A stretch of 28,817 bases of DNA from positions 1-28,817 of the forward strand of contig NZ_MKGN01000019.1 of assembly GCF_002682985.1 (NCBI RefSeq), in the 5' to 3' direction. Source of the DNA: Candidatus Tremblayella phenacoccinincola. GTDB taxonomy: Bacteria; Pseudomonadota; Gammaproteobacteria; Burkholderiales; Burkholderiaceae. A program made the position numbers and the translations under genes. Below the pieces are notes generated by a model that saw nothing but the letters and a program-made list of their open reading frames with translations, ran no database searches and was not told where the DNA came from. Below are positions 1-8,219 of the stretch, one piece after another (position 1 is the first letter of the stretch; each line of letters begins with the position of its first letter).

Positions 1-307
1 ATATGATGTAGAGGAGCTAGCTGTTAGGAGTGTTAGGTGCGTTAGATCCACTATGGGGAGGTGGTTATGGTTGTCTAGTAGAAGCTGTTCCCCTTTATGG
101 ATATCTTATGTCTAACTACTTCTAACTTGGTTCTACTAATGCATTAATATATGTAGCTTAGGTTAGTCATAAGCAGATACCCCAGTCAAGACCAACACAT
201 CATAACACAGAGGCAAAAGAGACTTCAGGATACTTCAGATGTTCTTATTGGTTAGGTTCGGACAACCATCAGGCTCTTTCCCCCCCTCTTTCTGTTAGCA
301 CATATTA

Positions 308-490
308 TTAGGACTTCTTGATATGCTTCCTTGCTGCTGTTACCTTCTTTCTTTTCCGTTCAGAGGTTGGCTTTTCATAATATAACCTAGAACGTACTTC
401 ACTTAGTAAGCCGCTACGCTCAACCATCCTCTTGAACCGACGTATGGCTATTTCAAATGGTTCGACATCCTTTATAATAACAATACTCAT
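308..490 (-). CDS. rpsU: 30S ribosomal protein S21
   Basis: 60-aa ORF. EPFEIAIRRFKR...YYEKPTSERKRKK matches the S21 core (E. coli EPFDVALRRFKR...FYEKPTTERKRAK). ATG at 488-490 with AGGAG 6 nt upstream. TAA stop. Confidence 0.9.
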   Translation of the reverse strand: MSIVIIKDVEPFEIAIRRFKRMVERSGLLSEVRSRLYYEKPTSERKRKKVTAARKHIKKS

Positions 491-720
491 ATAGAGCTCC
501 TAGTGATATACGGGAAGTCCTCCCACATGTCTCATGTTGATGTCTTTAGTTATAAACAGCTATTGGTTAAGCAGGTATTCTTGGTAAGATGAAGCTGGTG
601 TTCCTTGGAGTATATGATAGAGATATATGAACACTCTATAAAGAACCATTAACAGCTCCCGAACCGACCTAGTCATTAGAACAATAAACATAGCTCCTCC
701 CAAGCATGCCTAACACCAAT

Positions 721-1824
721 CTATATGTTCTCAACGGCCTTGTACCCAACGGTTCGGTTCCTCAATATAAGAGACTCCAATGAAGAAGCACTCACTGTTA
801 ATATTAATCCTTGCCCTAAGCCTTTAATTAAAACAACATTACAAGCTCGCTCCAACCCATTAATACTCTTCTTATCAACACTTAATGCTTTTAGGTAAGA
901 TTCTACTTTCAACCCGCTAGGCATATATATAGGTAAACGACAGATGGATAACAAACGTATCAACCTACGATGAACACTTAACTCAACTAACCCTAACCTA
1001 AAAGAGATGTCAGAAGCAATCACCATTCCACAGCTAACTGCTTCTCCATGTAACCACTTTTGATACGAGAGGTAAGATTCTATTGCATGTCCAAATGTAT
1101 GTCCAAAGTTTAAAACAGAACGCACACCTATCTCTCGAGAATCTGATGTAGTAACGTTTAGTTTAAGTAAACAAGCATGTTTAATCATACCTATAACAAC
1201 ACTCATCTTTCGGTCCAGTATATTAAACATCACCTTCTCAAGCCATTTAAAATAGTCTCCATCAAGTGCAGCTCCTATCTTAATAACTTCTGCTAACCCT
1301 GAGACCCACTCTCGTTGAGATAAAGTGCTTAGGTTCGATATGTCTAATATCACTCTGCCAGGCATATGTAGAGCTCCAACAAGATTCTTTCCAAACGCGG
1401 TGTTCAGACCATTCTTGCCCCCAATAGATGAGTCTACTTGAGCTAAAAGAGTTGTTGGGATGTGTATTAACTTAACACTACGCATATAGCAGGAGGCAAT
1501 AAAACCCGCAATGTCACCAAGTACCCCACCTCCAAAAGATACTACCTTCGTGTCTCTGTTTAGTTCCTCATATAAAAGAGCTTTGAGTATACCGATGAAG
1601 AACCTTAACCGTTTGTATCGCTCTCCAACTCCAATAATGATCTTTGTTACTTTAAGACTATTCCTATTTCTTTTGGAACTTCGTAGTCGTTTGAGTCTAC
1701 ATAAACTATCCACTGAGTTATTAGTGATTAGTACCAAGTTCTTGATGTTTTCATACGTTAAGAAATCCCAGGAGTTCTGAGCCTGCATACCTACATACCG
1801 AAGATCTCTTTTAGTAAAACACAT
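721..1824 (-). CDS. aroB: 3-dehydroquinate synthase (shikimate pathway)
   Basis: 367-aa ORF colinear with AroB. Motifs: GERYKRL (E. coli GEQYKSL), GGGVLGDIAGF, PTTLLAQVDSSIGGKNG, GLAEVIK, LNFGHTFGHAIE, WLHGEAV. ATG at 1822-1824 with AAGGAG 8 nt upstream. Confidence 0.9.
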   Translation of the reverse strand: MCFTKRDLRYVGMQAQNSWDFLTYENIKNLVLITNNSVDSLCRLKRLRSSKRNRNSLKVTKIIIGVGERYKRLRFFIGILKALLYEELNRDTKVVSFGGGVLGDIAGFIASCYMRSVKLIHIPTTLLAQVDSSIGGKNGLNTAFGKNLVGALHMPGRVILDISNLSTLSQREWVSGLAEVIKIGAALDGDYFKWLEKVMFNILDRKMSVVIGMIKHACLLKLNVTTSDSREIGVRSVLNFGHTFGHAIESYLSYQKWLHGEAVSCGMVIASDISFRLGLVELSVHRRLIRLLSICRLPIYMPSGLKVESYLKALSVDKKSINGLERACNVVLIKGLGQGLILTVSASSLESLILRNRTVGYKAVENI

Positions 1825-1935
1825 AGCAGGCTCTCCTTCTTAGATTGGTTTGTTATTGAAGAATGTTAATATGAATAGGATGTGCTACTCTTTCGGAATG
1901 GTGTCTATATTGTCTTGACTGGTTCTAGGTAGTTA

Positions 1936-2286
1936 TCATATTAGTTCCACCATACTAACAACTGCTTTATCTCCTTTACGGATATGTGACTTAATAATAT
2001 GGATGTATCCTCCTTTTGTTTGAAGATATCTGGGTCCTAGAATGTTAAAGACTTTCCTAACGCAGCTTTCATTGTTTAGCTGTTCCATCACTGTTCTAAT
2101 GTTAGCTACTGTTTTCTTTTTACTATGTGTAATTATTGGTTCAATGACTTTTCTAAGACTCTTTGCCTTTACAAAACAGATATATATGCGTTCCCTTGTT
2201 ATAAGTGAATGTGTTAGGTTTTTAAACAACGATAACCTATGGCTGGTCTTTCTATTCAGCTTCTTTAAAGATAGGCTGTGCTTCAT
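1936..2286 (-). CDS. rplQ: 50S ribosomal protein L17
   Basis: 116 aa. LNRKTSHRLSLFKNL, KAKSLRKVIEPIIT and GGYIHIIK match E. coli L17 (LNRNSSHRQAMFRNM, KAKELRRVVEPLIT, GGYTRILK). ATG start, TGA stop. Sits in the canonical position after rpoA. Confidence 0.92.
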   Translation of the reverse strand: MKHSLSLKKLNRKTSHRLSLFKNLTHSLITRERIYICFVKAKSLRKVIEPIITHSKKKTVANIRTVMEQLNNESCVRKVFNILGPRYLQTKGGYIHIIKSHIRKGDKAVVSMVELI

Positions 2287-2287
2287 A

Positions 2288-2950
2288 TTATACAGAGAGT
2301 AATGATAGCTGAGATTTAAGAATATGTATAGACTGTCTTAGTGATTCTGACGGAGTAACTGAACCATTTGTTTCAATGTTTAGGACTAACCTCTCGAAGC
2401 TATATTTAATGAGACTGACAGAATAGCTAACGTTTTTAACTGGTGAATAAAAAGCATCCAATATTAACTTACCATTATTCCAACATAACCCATTGTATTT
2501 AGGAACATAACCCCAACCTTTCTGAATCTTAATATGCGTGCTCAGTCTTCCTGAATCCAAATGACATATTATATGATTGGGATTAACTACCTGACATCTG
2601 TAGTCCGTTTGTATATCTCTAGCATATACTACTCCTGGGTTTGTTTTACGTAGAGTGAGAACTAGTGATTCAGTATGTACGTCCAGTTTAAAAACAACAC
2701 TCCTTATATTTAAAGCTAACTGCATAGAATCTTCCGCTATACCAGCAACTGAAGAGAACTCGTTTGAAGAGCCAACTATTTCTACTTCCGTAACAGCAGT
2801 TCCACATACTGAAGTCAGTAAAGTACGTCTTAATGCACAACCTAGCGTATCACCATAACCTCTATCAAGAGGCTCTATTGAGAACTGGGATATGTTGCAT
2901 CCTCGAGCTGTAATGGAGACTATTTGAGGTATCAACATTCTAGCTTCCAT
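2288..2950 (-). CDS. rpoA: DNA-directed RNA polymerase alpha subunit, N-terminal domain only (C-terminal domain absent)
   Basis: IEPLDRGYGDTLGCALRRTLL matches E. coli [21 protein letters not shown], and AFYSPV and IETNGSV are present. The ORF ends at ...ILKSQLSLLSV, equivalent to E. coli ILAEQLEAFVD at about residue 233. TAA at 2288-2290. I chose ATG 2948-2950 as the start. The ORF-track start at 2959 is TTG and would overlap rpsD by 20 nt. Confidence 0.9.
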   Translation of the reverse strand: MEARMLIPQIVSITARGCNISQFSIEPLDRGYGDTLGCALRRTLLTSVCGTAVTEVEIVGSSNEFSSVAGIAEDSMQLALNIRSVVFKLDVHTESLVLTLRKTNPGVVYARDIQTDYRCQVVNPNHIICHLDSGRLSTHIKIQKGWGYVPKYNGLCWNNGKLILDAFYSPVKNVSYSVSLIKYSFERLVLNIETNGSVTPSESLRQSIHILKSQLSLLSV

Positions 2951-3554
2951 ATAGTTCAAATATTAACCTTTCGTTTAGACCTACTGGCATCTCTTTGCGG
3001 GTTGGCATGTGTTTAAACGAGCCTTCCAATAATGAATGATCTACGGCCAACCAGCTTGGTACTTTCTGATGTATCCTGATAGCATTTGTTATTCTACTTT
3101 GGGTTTTAGCCCTATCGTGAATCTTAATTGAGTCTACTGGTTTAACTGAATATGAAGGAATGTTCACTACTCTGTTGTTTACCAAGATGGCTTTATGTGC
3201 TATTAGTTGACGTGCTTCAGCTCTTGTTACGCTAAACCCCAGTCTGTACACAATATTATCTAACCTAGATTCCAATGAATGTAGTAGAAGAGATCCTATT
3301 TCATTGTTTGTTTTAATAGCATTTCGTATGTATATTAGGAACTGTCTTTCTGAGATTCCATATGTCCGTTTAGTCTTTTGCTTTTCACGGAGTTGAATTC
3401 CATAGCTGCTACTCTTCAGTACGTGTTTACTCTGTTGTCCTGGCTTAGTTCTAGATTTACACTTTTCCTCAAACGAACGACTACCACTCTTTAAAAAGAG
3501 ATCACAGCCTTCTCTTCTGGAAAGCTTTTGTTTAGGTCCTATATATTTAGACAT
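2940..3554 (-). CDS. rpsD: 30S ribosomal protein S4
   Basis: 204 aa. MSKYIGPKQKLSRREG, YGIQLREKQK and LESRLDNIVYRLGF..TRAEARQLIAHKAI are S4 signatures. AAGGAGG lies 9 nt upstream of ATG 3552-3554. Confidence 0.93.
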   Translation of the reverse strand: MSKYIGPKQKLSRREGCDLFLKSGSRSFEEKCKSRTKPGQQSKHVLKSSSYGIQLREKQKTKRTYGISERQFLIYIRNAIKTNNEIGSLLLHSLESRLDNIVYRLGFSVTRAEARQLIAHKAILVNNRVVNIPSYSVKPVDSIKIHDRAKTQSRITNAIRIHQKVPSWLAVDHSLLEGSFKHMPTRKEMPVGLNERLIFELYGS

Positions 3555-3581
3555 TGGTAGCTTCCTCCTTTAGATTGTATA

Positions 3582-3971
3582 TTAAACCCTTCTACGTTTT
3601 GATGGGCGACATCCATTATGAGGTATAGACGTGACGTCCTCTAAAGATATTATCTTGATGCCTGAGCTGTATAATGACCTAATGGCAGACTCTCTTCCAG
3701 TGCCTGGTCCATTTACTTTTACTTTTAACGCTTTCATTCCATAGTCTACAGCTGCTTTACCTACAGAGTCAGCTGTTACTTGTGCAGAAAACGGAGTTGC
3801 TTTTTTAGATCCCTTAAAACCATGTTTACCTGTCGAAGACCAAAACAGAACAGCTCCATCATTTGAGGTAATGGTTATAATAGTGTTGTTAAAGGTAGCA
3901 TGTATATACGCTATTCCATCCAGAACCTTATTGGAAGCGGGTCTTAGCTGCTTATCTTTTGGTTTGTACAT
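3582..3971 (-). CDS. rpsK: 30S ribosomal protein S11
   Basis: 129 aa. GIAYIHATFNNTIITIT, GFKGSKKATPFSAQ and DVTSIPHNGCRPSKRRRV are S11 signatures. Correct position in the alpha operon. Confidence 0.93.
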   Translation of the reverse strand: MYKPKDKQLRPASNKVLDGIAYIHATFNNTIITITSNDGAVLFWSSTGKHGFKGSKKATPFSAQVTADSVGKAAVDYGMKALKVKVNGPGTGRESAIRSLYSSGIKIISLEDVTSIPHNGCRPSKRRRV

Positions 3972-3985
3972 TGTCAGTAGAATCC

Positions 3986-4339
3986 TTAGTTGTTGAGGGG
4001 TTTACTATTCTTCCTAGTCTTGGCATTTGTTCTCGTTCTTTGGCCTCTAGTTGGTAACCTTTTCCTATGACGTATGCCTCTGTAGCAGTTAATGTTAATT
4101 AGACGCTTAATGTTTAAAGCTACCAACCGTTTGAGATCCCCTTCCACTAAGTACTTACTCACAGCTTCTTTTATAGCCACCAGTCTACTTTCACTTAAGC
4201 TAACTACTTTACTGTTAGGATCAACACCAACTTCAGAACAGACACTCCTCGATAGGCTTCTTCCAATGCCGTGTATATATGTTAACCCAGTCTCTACAGA
4301 TTTGTTACTTGGTATGTTAACTCCAATAAGTCTAACCAC
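3986..4339 (-). CDS. rpsM: 30S ribosomal protein S13
   Basis: 117 aa. VRLIGVNIP and CYRGIRHRKRLPTRGQRTRTNAKTRK match S13. GTG start at 4337-4339, immediately after the rpmJ TAA. Confidence 0.92.
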   Translation of the reverse strand: MVRLIGVNIPSNKSVETGLTYIHGIGRSLSRSVCSEVGVDPNSKVVSLSESRLVAIKEAVSKYLVEGDLKRLVALNIKRLININCYRGIRHRKRLPTRGQRTRTNAKTRKNSKPLNN

Positions 4340-4456
4340 TTAACCCTGCCTCTGTTTATGCTTTGGGTTAGAACTACATAAAACCCTAACTACACCTTTT
4401 CTCCTTACCACTCTACACAGCTTACATATTACTTTAACTGAAGCTGCCACTTTCAT
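4340..4456 (-). CDS. rpmJ: 50S ribosomal protein L36
   Basis: Not in the ORF track because it is only 38 codons. Hand translation gives [38 protein letters not shown], against E. coli [41 protein letters not shown] at 4454-4456, TAA at 4340-4342. It overlaps the infA 3' end by 23 nt. Confidence 0.93.
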   Translation of the reverse strand: MKVAASVKVICKLCRVVRRKGVVRVLCSSNPKHKQRQG

Positions 4457-4679
4457 GGTTAGGTTTAGACCTGAATACTATTCTGGCTCTCAAAGGATCA
4501 TACGGACTAATCTCAACAGTCACCATATCTCCAGGTAATATCTTAATAAAATGTAGCCTCATCTTTCCAGAAGCGTAAGCTAAAACCACGTGGCTATTCT
4601 CCAGCCTAACTCTGAAGTTAGTATTTGAAAGGCTTTCGATCACTTCTCCATGCATCTGAACAGGTTTGGCTTTTGGCAT
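4434..4679 (-). CDS. infA: Translation initiation factor IF-1
   Basis: [54 protein letters not shown] matches IF-1. ATG at 4677-4679 with GAGG 5 nt upstream. The ORF-track start at 4685 is GTG. The C-terminus runs about 6 aa longer than in E. coli. Confidence 0.9.
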   Translation of the reverse strand: MPKAKPVQMHGEVIESLSNTNFRVRLENSHVVLAYASGKMRLHFIKILPGDMVTVEISPYDPLRARIVFRSKPNHESGSFS

Positions 4680-4698
4680 ACACACCTCATATATTATA

Positions 4699-5835
4699 TT
4701 AGCATGTTTTAAAGAACCTTAGGCATTGTATGAAGTTAGCATAGAACTTCAAATGTTCTGTTAGAACCAAAGAAGCAGCTATAAGAACTATAAACGAGGA
4801 ATCAGTTAGCACAAAGCTCTGTTTAGTAAATAAAGATAACAACCTAATAACACCACATCCTAAAGCTATGCACAGTGTTTTAGTAATGTATATATCCCTA
4901 AATATATAGGCTAAGTATTCTTTAGGTTTTAAACCAGACCTAAGAAAACCAATGATAGCTCCACTTCTTTTCAGGCAGCTTGAACCATAGTTAGTCTTCA
5001 CATCCCATCTTGTGACTATAACACAAAAATAGACCATTAAACCAACCTGAGTCAAAACATCACAGGACGTCTCAATGGGTTTAATAAGATCCTGAATGCA
5101 CATCCATTTAAAATACGAACCACAAACTACACATATCTTCTCAGCTAAACTAACCTGAAGAACTGCCGTAACACCAGCTAACGCTAAAGGGAATATGCTT
5201 ACTGGAACCAGCTTAACATAACAGTAAGAAGTGTGCTTTCTGTCAGACATCTGATGCCAGGCTGTTAGTCTTTGTGATGTAAGCTCTGTTAAGATGCTAA
5301 AGTAAACCAGCAAACCAAGAACAGTTAGAAACAAGAAGCTAGCTGTTGGGTTCTTACCAATGGATGTTTTCAGTAAAAGCAACCCGCTAGGCACATATGC
5401 TAATAGCCTAAACAGAATAACTAAAGAAGATCCACCAAGACCATCCATGTTTATATGCTCATTCATCCACATTAGAACCATTGAACCAACCGTTAACAAA
5501 CCCACTAACCCCACAGCTGTAATCCCAACCTGGAGCGTGGAGAACCGTAAGGTAGCTGTAGACTCAATAGAAGTGTATAGTAGAATTAGTAACCTAACTA
5601 GCAATATATATACTTCAGGAGTTGGGTTTAATAAGGCTGTTAAAGCTACTTTCATGAACAGCTGCAAAGCCATAAGCGGTGTTATCTTGTTTGTGTTGGG
5701 TTCAGGACGGATTGCCTTTGATGAGTAGCTTAGGGGAATGGGTATGTACATAGCTAAACGACATATGAAAAGCATAGGACCTACTTTAAGAAGGTGCTTT
5801 AACGAGTAGCTACTGTAGCACATATCCATAGGCAT
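4699..5835 (-). CDS. secY: Preprotein translocase subunit SecY (short, highly divergent)
   Basis: 378-aa polytopic hydrophobic ORF in the canonical slot between rplO and infA. YIPIPL (E. coli FIPIPG), [12 protein letters not shown] (GTMFLMWLGEQI) and [21 protein letters not shown] ([21 protein letters not shown]). Confidence 0.85.
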   Translation of the reverse strand: MPMDMCYSSYSLKHLLKVGPMLFICRLAMYIPIPLSYSSKAIRPEPNTNKITPLMALQLFMKVALTALLNPTPEVYILLVRLLILLYTSIESTATLRFSTLQVGITAVGLVGLLTVGSMVLMWMNEHINMDGLGGSSLVILFRLLAYVPSGLLLLKTSIGKNPTASFLFLTVLGLLVYFSILTELTSQRLTAWHQMSDRKHTSYCYVKLVPVSIFPLALAGVTAVLQVSLAEKICVVCGSYFKWMCIQDLIKPIETSCDVLTQVGLMVYFCVIVTRWDVKTNYGSSCLKRSGAIIGFLRSGLKPKEYLAYIFRDIYITKTLCIALGCGVIRLLSLFTKQSFVLTDSSFIVLIAASLVLTEHLKFYANFIQCLRFFKTC

Positions 5836-5846
5836 GTTAATCTCTC

Positions 5847-6194
5847 TTACCCTTGACTATATATTCTGATGGTCTTAGCATTATTCCCAACCAAGTTAAA
5901 GCGTCTCAAAAGCATGTTTGAAACAGTGTCATAGCAAAGATCTACCTTTAAGGTTTTGTTATAGTTCAGGTTAATTAGATGCTTTCTTATATATCTTGTG
6001 AAACCAAGCTTTGGAACTCTTCTTTGAATTGGTGTTTGACCACCCTCAAAAGATGTTTTAACTGTGCCTCCTGTTCTAGACTTTTGACCTTTGTGGCCCC
6101 TACCTGATGTTTTCCCTTTCTTAGAACCCAGTCCTCGACCAAGCCTAACGCTCTGTTTGTAACGAACAGTTGGTTTTAGTTCATTTAGTTTCAT
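5847..6194 (-). CDS. rplO: 50S ribosomal protein L15
   Basis: 115 aa. [26 protein letters not shown] and [17 protein letters not shown] are L15 signatures. Confidence 0.92.
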   Translation of the reverse strand: MKLNELKPTVRYKQSVRLGRGLGSKKGKTSGRGHKGQKSRTGGTVKTSFEGGQTPIQRRVPKLGFTRYIRKHLINLNYNKTLKVDLCYDTVSNMLLRRFNLVGNNAKTIRIYSQG

Positions 6195-6396
6195 TTCCTT
6201 CGGGGTGTTTAATGTTGAGGACCTTTACCAAATATGGAACCTTCTTAATCAGATCTACGGTGTGTTTATTATTAGAAGCAATCCTGAAGGACCATAGCTT
6301 ACGCAATCCTAATGTTCTAATGTATGCTCTATGTTTACTACTAACTGATATTAAGCTCCTTACCAACTGCACCAAGATCTTCTTATATGTTGTCAT
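6181..6396 (-). CDS. rpmD: 50S ribosomal protein L30
   Basis: 71 aa. [27 protein letters not shown] compares with E. coli [27 protein letters not shown]. ATGA overlap with the rpsE stop and a 14-nt overlap with rplO. Confidence 0.85.
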   Translation of the reverse strand: MTTYKKILVQLVRSLISVSSKHRAYIRTLGLRKLWSFRIASNNKHTVDLIKKVPYLVKVLNIKHPEGNETK

Positions 6397-6935
6397 TGGC
6401 TTTTGAATGGAGAAACTCCTCTTTTACGATATATGTAGTTCAAGTTGTTCAGCTTCATTAGACCATCTAATACTGCTGGTATAACATTGAACGGATTATT
6501 TGAGCCATGGCATTTAGCGACCACATGGTTAATACCTACTACGCTAAACACAGACCTTACATGGTTACTCGCTATGACTCCCCTACCTTTTTTTGAAGGA
6601 ACTAATATAACAACCGCAGCTCCGCATTTACCAACGACTTTGTGAGTGATTGTATTTCCCAACACAGATACTTTAATGATATTCCTTTTAGCATTGTTAA
6701 CAGCTTTTTGTACGGCTAATGACGCTTCTCTTGATTTGCCTTTACCAACGCCAAGACTACCGCAACCGTCTCCAACTACAACTAATGCTGTGAAGCTTAA
6801 TATACGTCCGCCTTTCACTACCTTCGTAACTCTATTGATGGTAATTAATCTTTCAAACACCAACTCTAATGACTTATGCATTTTAGTATATGGGTTTATG
6901 GTTATTATATAGCTATGGTTAAAACTGAAGTCCAT
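6393..6935 (-). CDS. rpsE: 30S ribosomal protein S5
   Basis: RLITINRVTKVVKGGRILSFTALVVVGDGCGSLGVGKGKSREASLAVQKA is a strong S5 match. The start is ambiguous: ATG 6935 overlaps rplR by 17 nt, while ATG 6881 fits the E. coli N-terminal length better. Confidence 0.9.
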   Translation of the reverse strand: MDFSFNHSYIITINPYTKMHKSLELVFERLITINRVTKVVKGGRILSFTALVVVGDGCGSLGVGKGKSREASLAVQKAVNNAKRNIIKVSVLGNTITHKVVGKCGAAVVILVPSKKGRGVIASNHVRSVFSVVGINHVVAKCHGSNNPFNVIPAVLDGLMKLNNLNYIYRKRGVSPFKSQ

Positions 6936-7281
6936 AGCATCTTGCTGATTCAGCTATATTCTGTATTAACCCATGGTATTGAAACCCAGACCTATCGAAA
7001 GTAATCCTATTAACTCCAATGGAAACAGCTCGGGTTGCGATCAGTTTACCGACCAACGAGGCACCAAACCTATTTTTTCTTAGCCTGATGTCTATATATT
7101 TGAAAGCTGCTATAGTAGAAATTCCAGTAACTATGTGGTTACCTTCTTCAGAAACAACATGTGCATAAAGATGTACATTTGATTTATAAGTTACCAACCT
7201 GAATAAGGATATCTTTTTAGACTTAGTTCTTGTTCGTTTAGGTTTTGTTAATACTAGGCTCTTTGTGGTTAAGTGCTTCAT
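6919..7281 (-). CDS. rplR: 50S ribosomal protein L18
   Basis: 120 aa. Basic N-terminus, then FRLVTYKSNVHLYAHVV and ITFDRSGFQYHGLIQNIAESARCYGLQF, which match L18. ATGA overlap with the rplF stop. Confidence 0.9.
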   Translation of the reverse strand: MKHLTTKSLVLTKPKRTRTKSKKISLFRLVTYKSNVHLYAHVVSEEGNHIVTGISTIAAFKYIDIRLRKNRFGASLVGKLIATRAVSIGVNRITFDRSGFQYHGLIQNIAESARCYGLQF

Positions 7282-7814
7282 TTCTTTTTTGTCCTCTCTT
7301 TCAAGTTAACCGTTTCGTTAATAAACCTTATTCCTTTGCCTTTGTATGGTTCGATAGGATGGAACCTCTTTATATCTGCAGATGTTTGACCAACCAGCTG
7401 TTTATCCACTCCAAACACTTCCAACTCACTAGGAGATATAAGATGGAGCTTAATGTTCCTATTCACACAATATATAATAGGATGTGAATAACCTAACGAC
7501 AAAGTTAATATGTTATTCCTAATTGAAACCCGAAAGCCAACACCGTTTAATACTAAAACCTTTCTAAAGCCTACAGTAACCCCAGCTACCATATTCGAAA
7601 TTAGTGTTCGAACAGTTCCTTGTATTGCAGAAGCTCTTTGGTTGCTAAAGACTGGGGTTACTTTTATCATTGTCTGGTAGAGCTTAATCTTTATTACCGA
7701 AGGTACAGTTAATGTAAGAACTCCTAGAGGGCCAGTTACCTGAAAAGGATCTCCAGCATTCACATGCACATTGTTTAATGGTATGGGTATTCTGCCGATA
7801 CGAGAGCTTTTCAT
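7278..7814 (-). CDS. rplF: 50S ribosomal protein L6
   Basis: 178 aa. SRIGRIPIPL, LSLGYSHPI and YKGKGIRFINE are L6 signatures. Correct position in the spc operon. Confidence 0.9.
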   Translation of the reverse strand: MKSSRIGRIPIPLNNVHVNAGDPFQVTGPLGVLTLTVPSVIKIKLYQTMIKVTPVFSNQRASAIQGTVRTLISNMVAGVTVGFRKVLVLNGVGFRVSIRNNILTLSLGYSHPIIYCVNRNIKLHLISPSELEVFGVDKQLVGQTSADIKRFHPIEPYKGKGIRFINETVNLKERTKKK

Positions 7815-7818
7815 ATTA

Positions 7819-8214
7819 CTATGAAATATGACATATCACTTCACCTCCTACGTTAAGTTTCTTCGCTAGCTTATCAGTGATCGTACCTTTGGATGTAGCA
7901 AGGATAGTTATTCCAAGACCATTCAGATGAGGCTTTATATTGGTGTGTTTAGTGTATACTCTCAGACCCGGTTTGGATATTTGGGTTATGCAGCTGATAA
8001 CAGGCTTATCGTCCATATACTTTAACACTATGACTATCTTTAGATGCCTCTTGCTAGAACTACATACAAAGAAGGTATTTATGTATCCTTCTCTTTTCAA
8101 GGTTCTTAATATGGAGCATATTATCTCTGTAAATGGAACAACCACCTGAACCTTCTTTGTAGCTTGTGCGTTCCTGATGTTCGTTAAAAGTATTGAAACG
8201 GAGTCTCTGTTCAT
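7819..8214 (-). CDS. rpsH: 30S ribosomal protein S8
   Basis: 131 aa. SILLTNIRNAQ, ILRTLKREGYI, ISKPGLRVY and GGEVICHI are S8 signatures. Confidence 0.9.
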   Translation of the reverse strand: MNRDSVSILLTNIRNAQATKKVQVVVPFTEIICSILRTLKREGYINTFFVCSSSKRHLKIVIVLKYMDDKPVISCITQISKPGLRVYTKHTNIKPHLNGLGITILATSKGTITDKLAKKLNVGGEVICHIS

Positions 8215-8219
8215 CTTCG

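Noticed and set aside
244-272. A tRNA-like T-loop string, GGTTCGGAC, in the left spacer, and CCCGAACCGAC at 658-668 in the aroB-rpsU spacer.
   Set aside because: I could not fold a cloverleaf around either. There is no 5-bp T-stem with a 7-nt loop, no acceptor pairing and no D-arm. No tRNA is called.
1915-1943. A plus-strand sigma70-like TTGACT-N17-ATATTA motif in the rplQ-aroB spacer.
   Set aside because: It points antisense into rplQ, and its -10 element is weak. In AT-rich spacers such matches are expected by chance. I could not find a convincing promoter on the coding (minus) strand either, so I call no promoters.
6588-6594. An A7 homopolymer (sense strand) inside rpsE, and other 6-7 nt runs inside genes, considered as possible slippage or frameshift sites.
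   Set aside because: The reading frames are intact across them (..PSKKGRG.. in S5), so there is no evidence of a frameshift.
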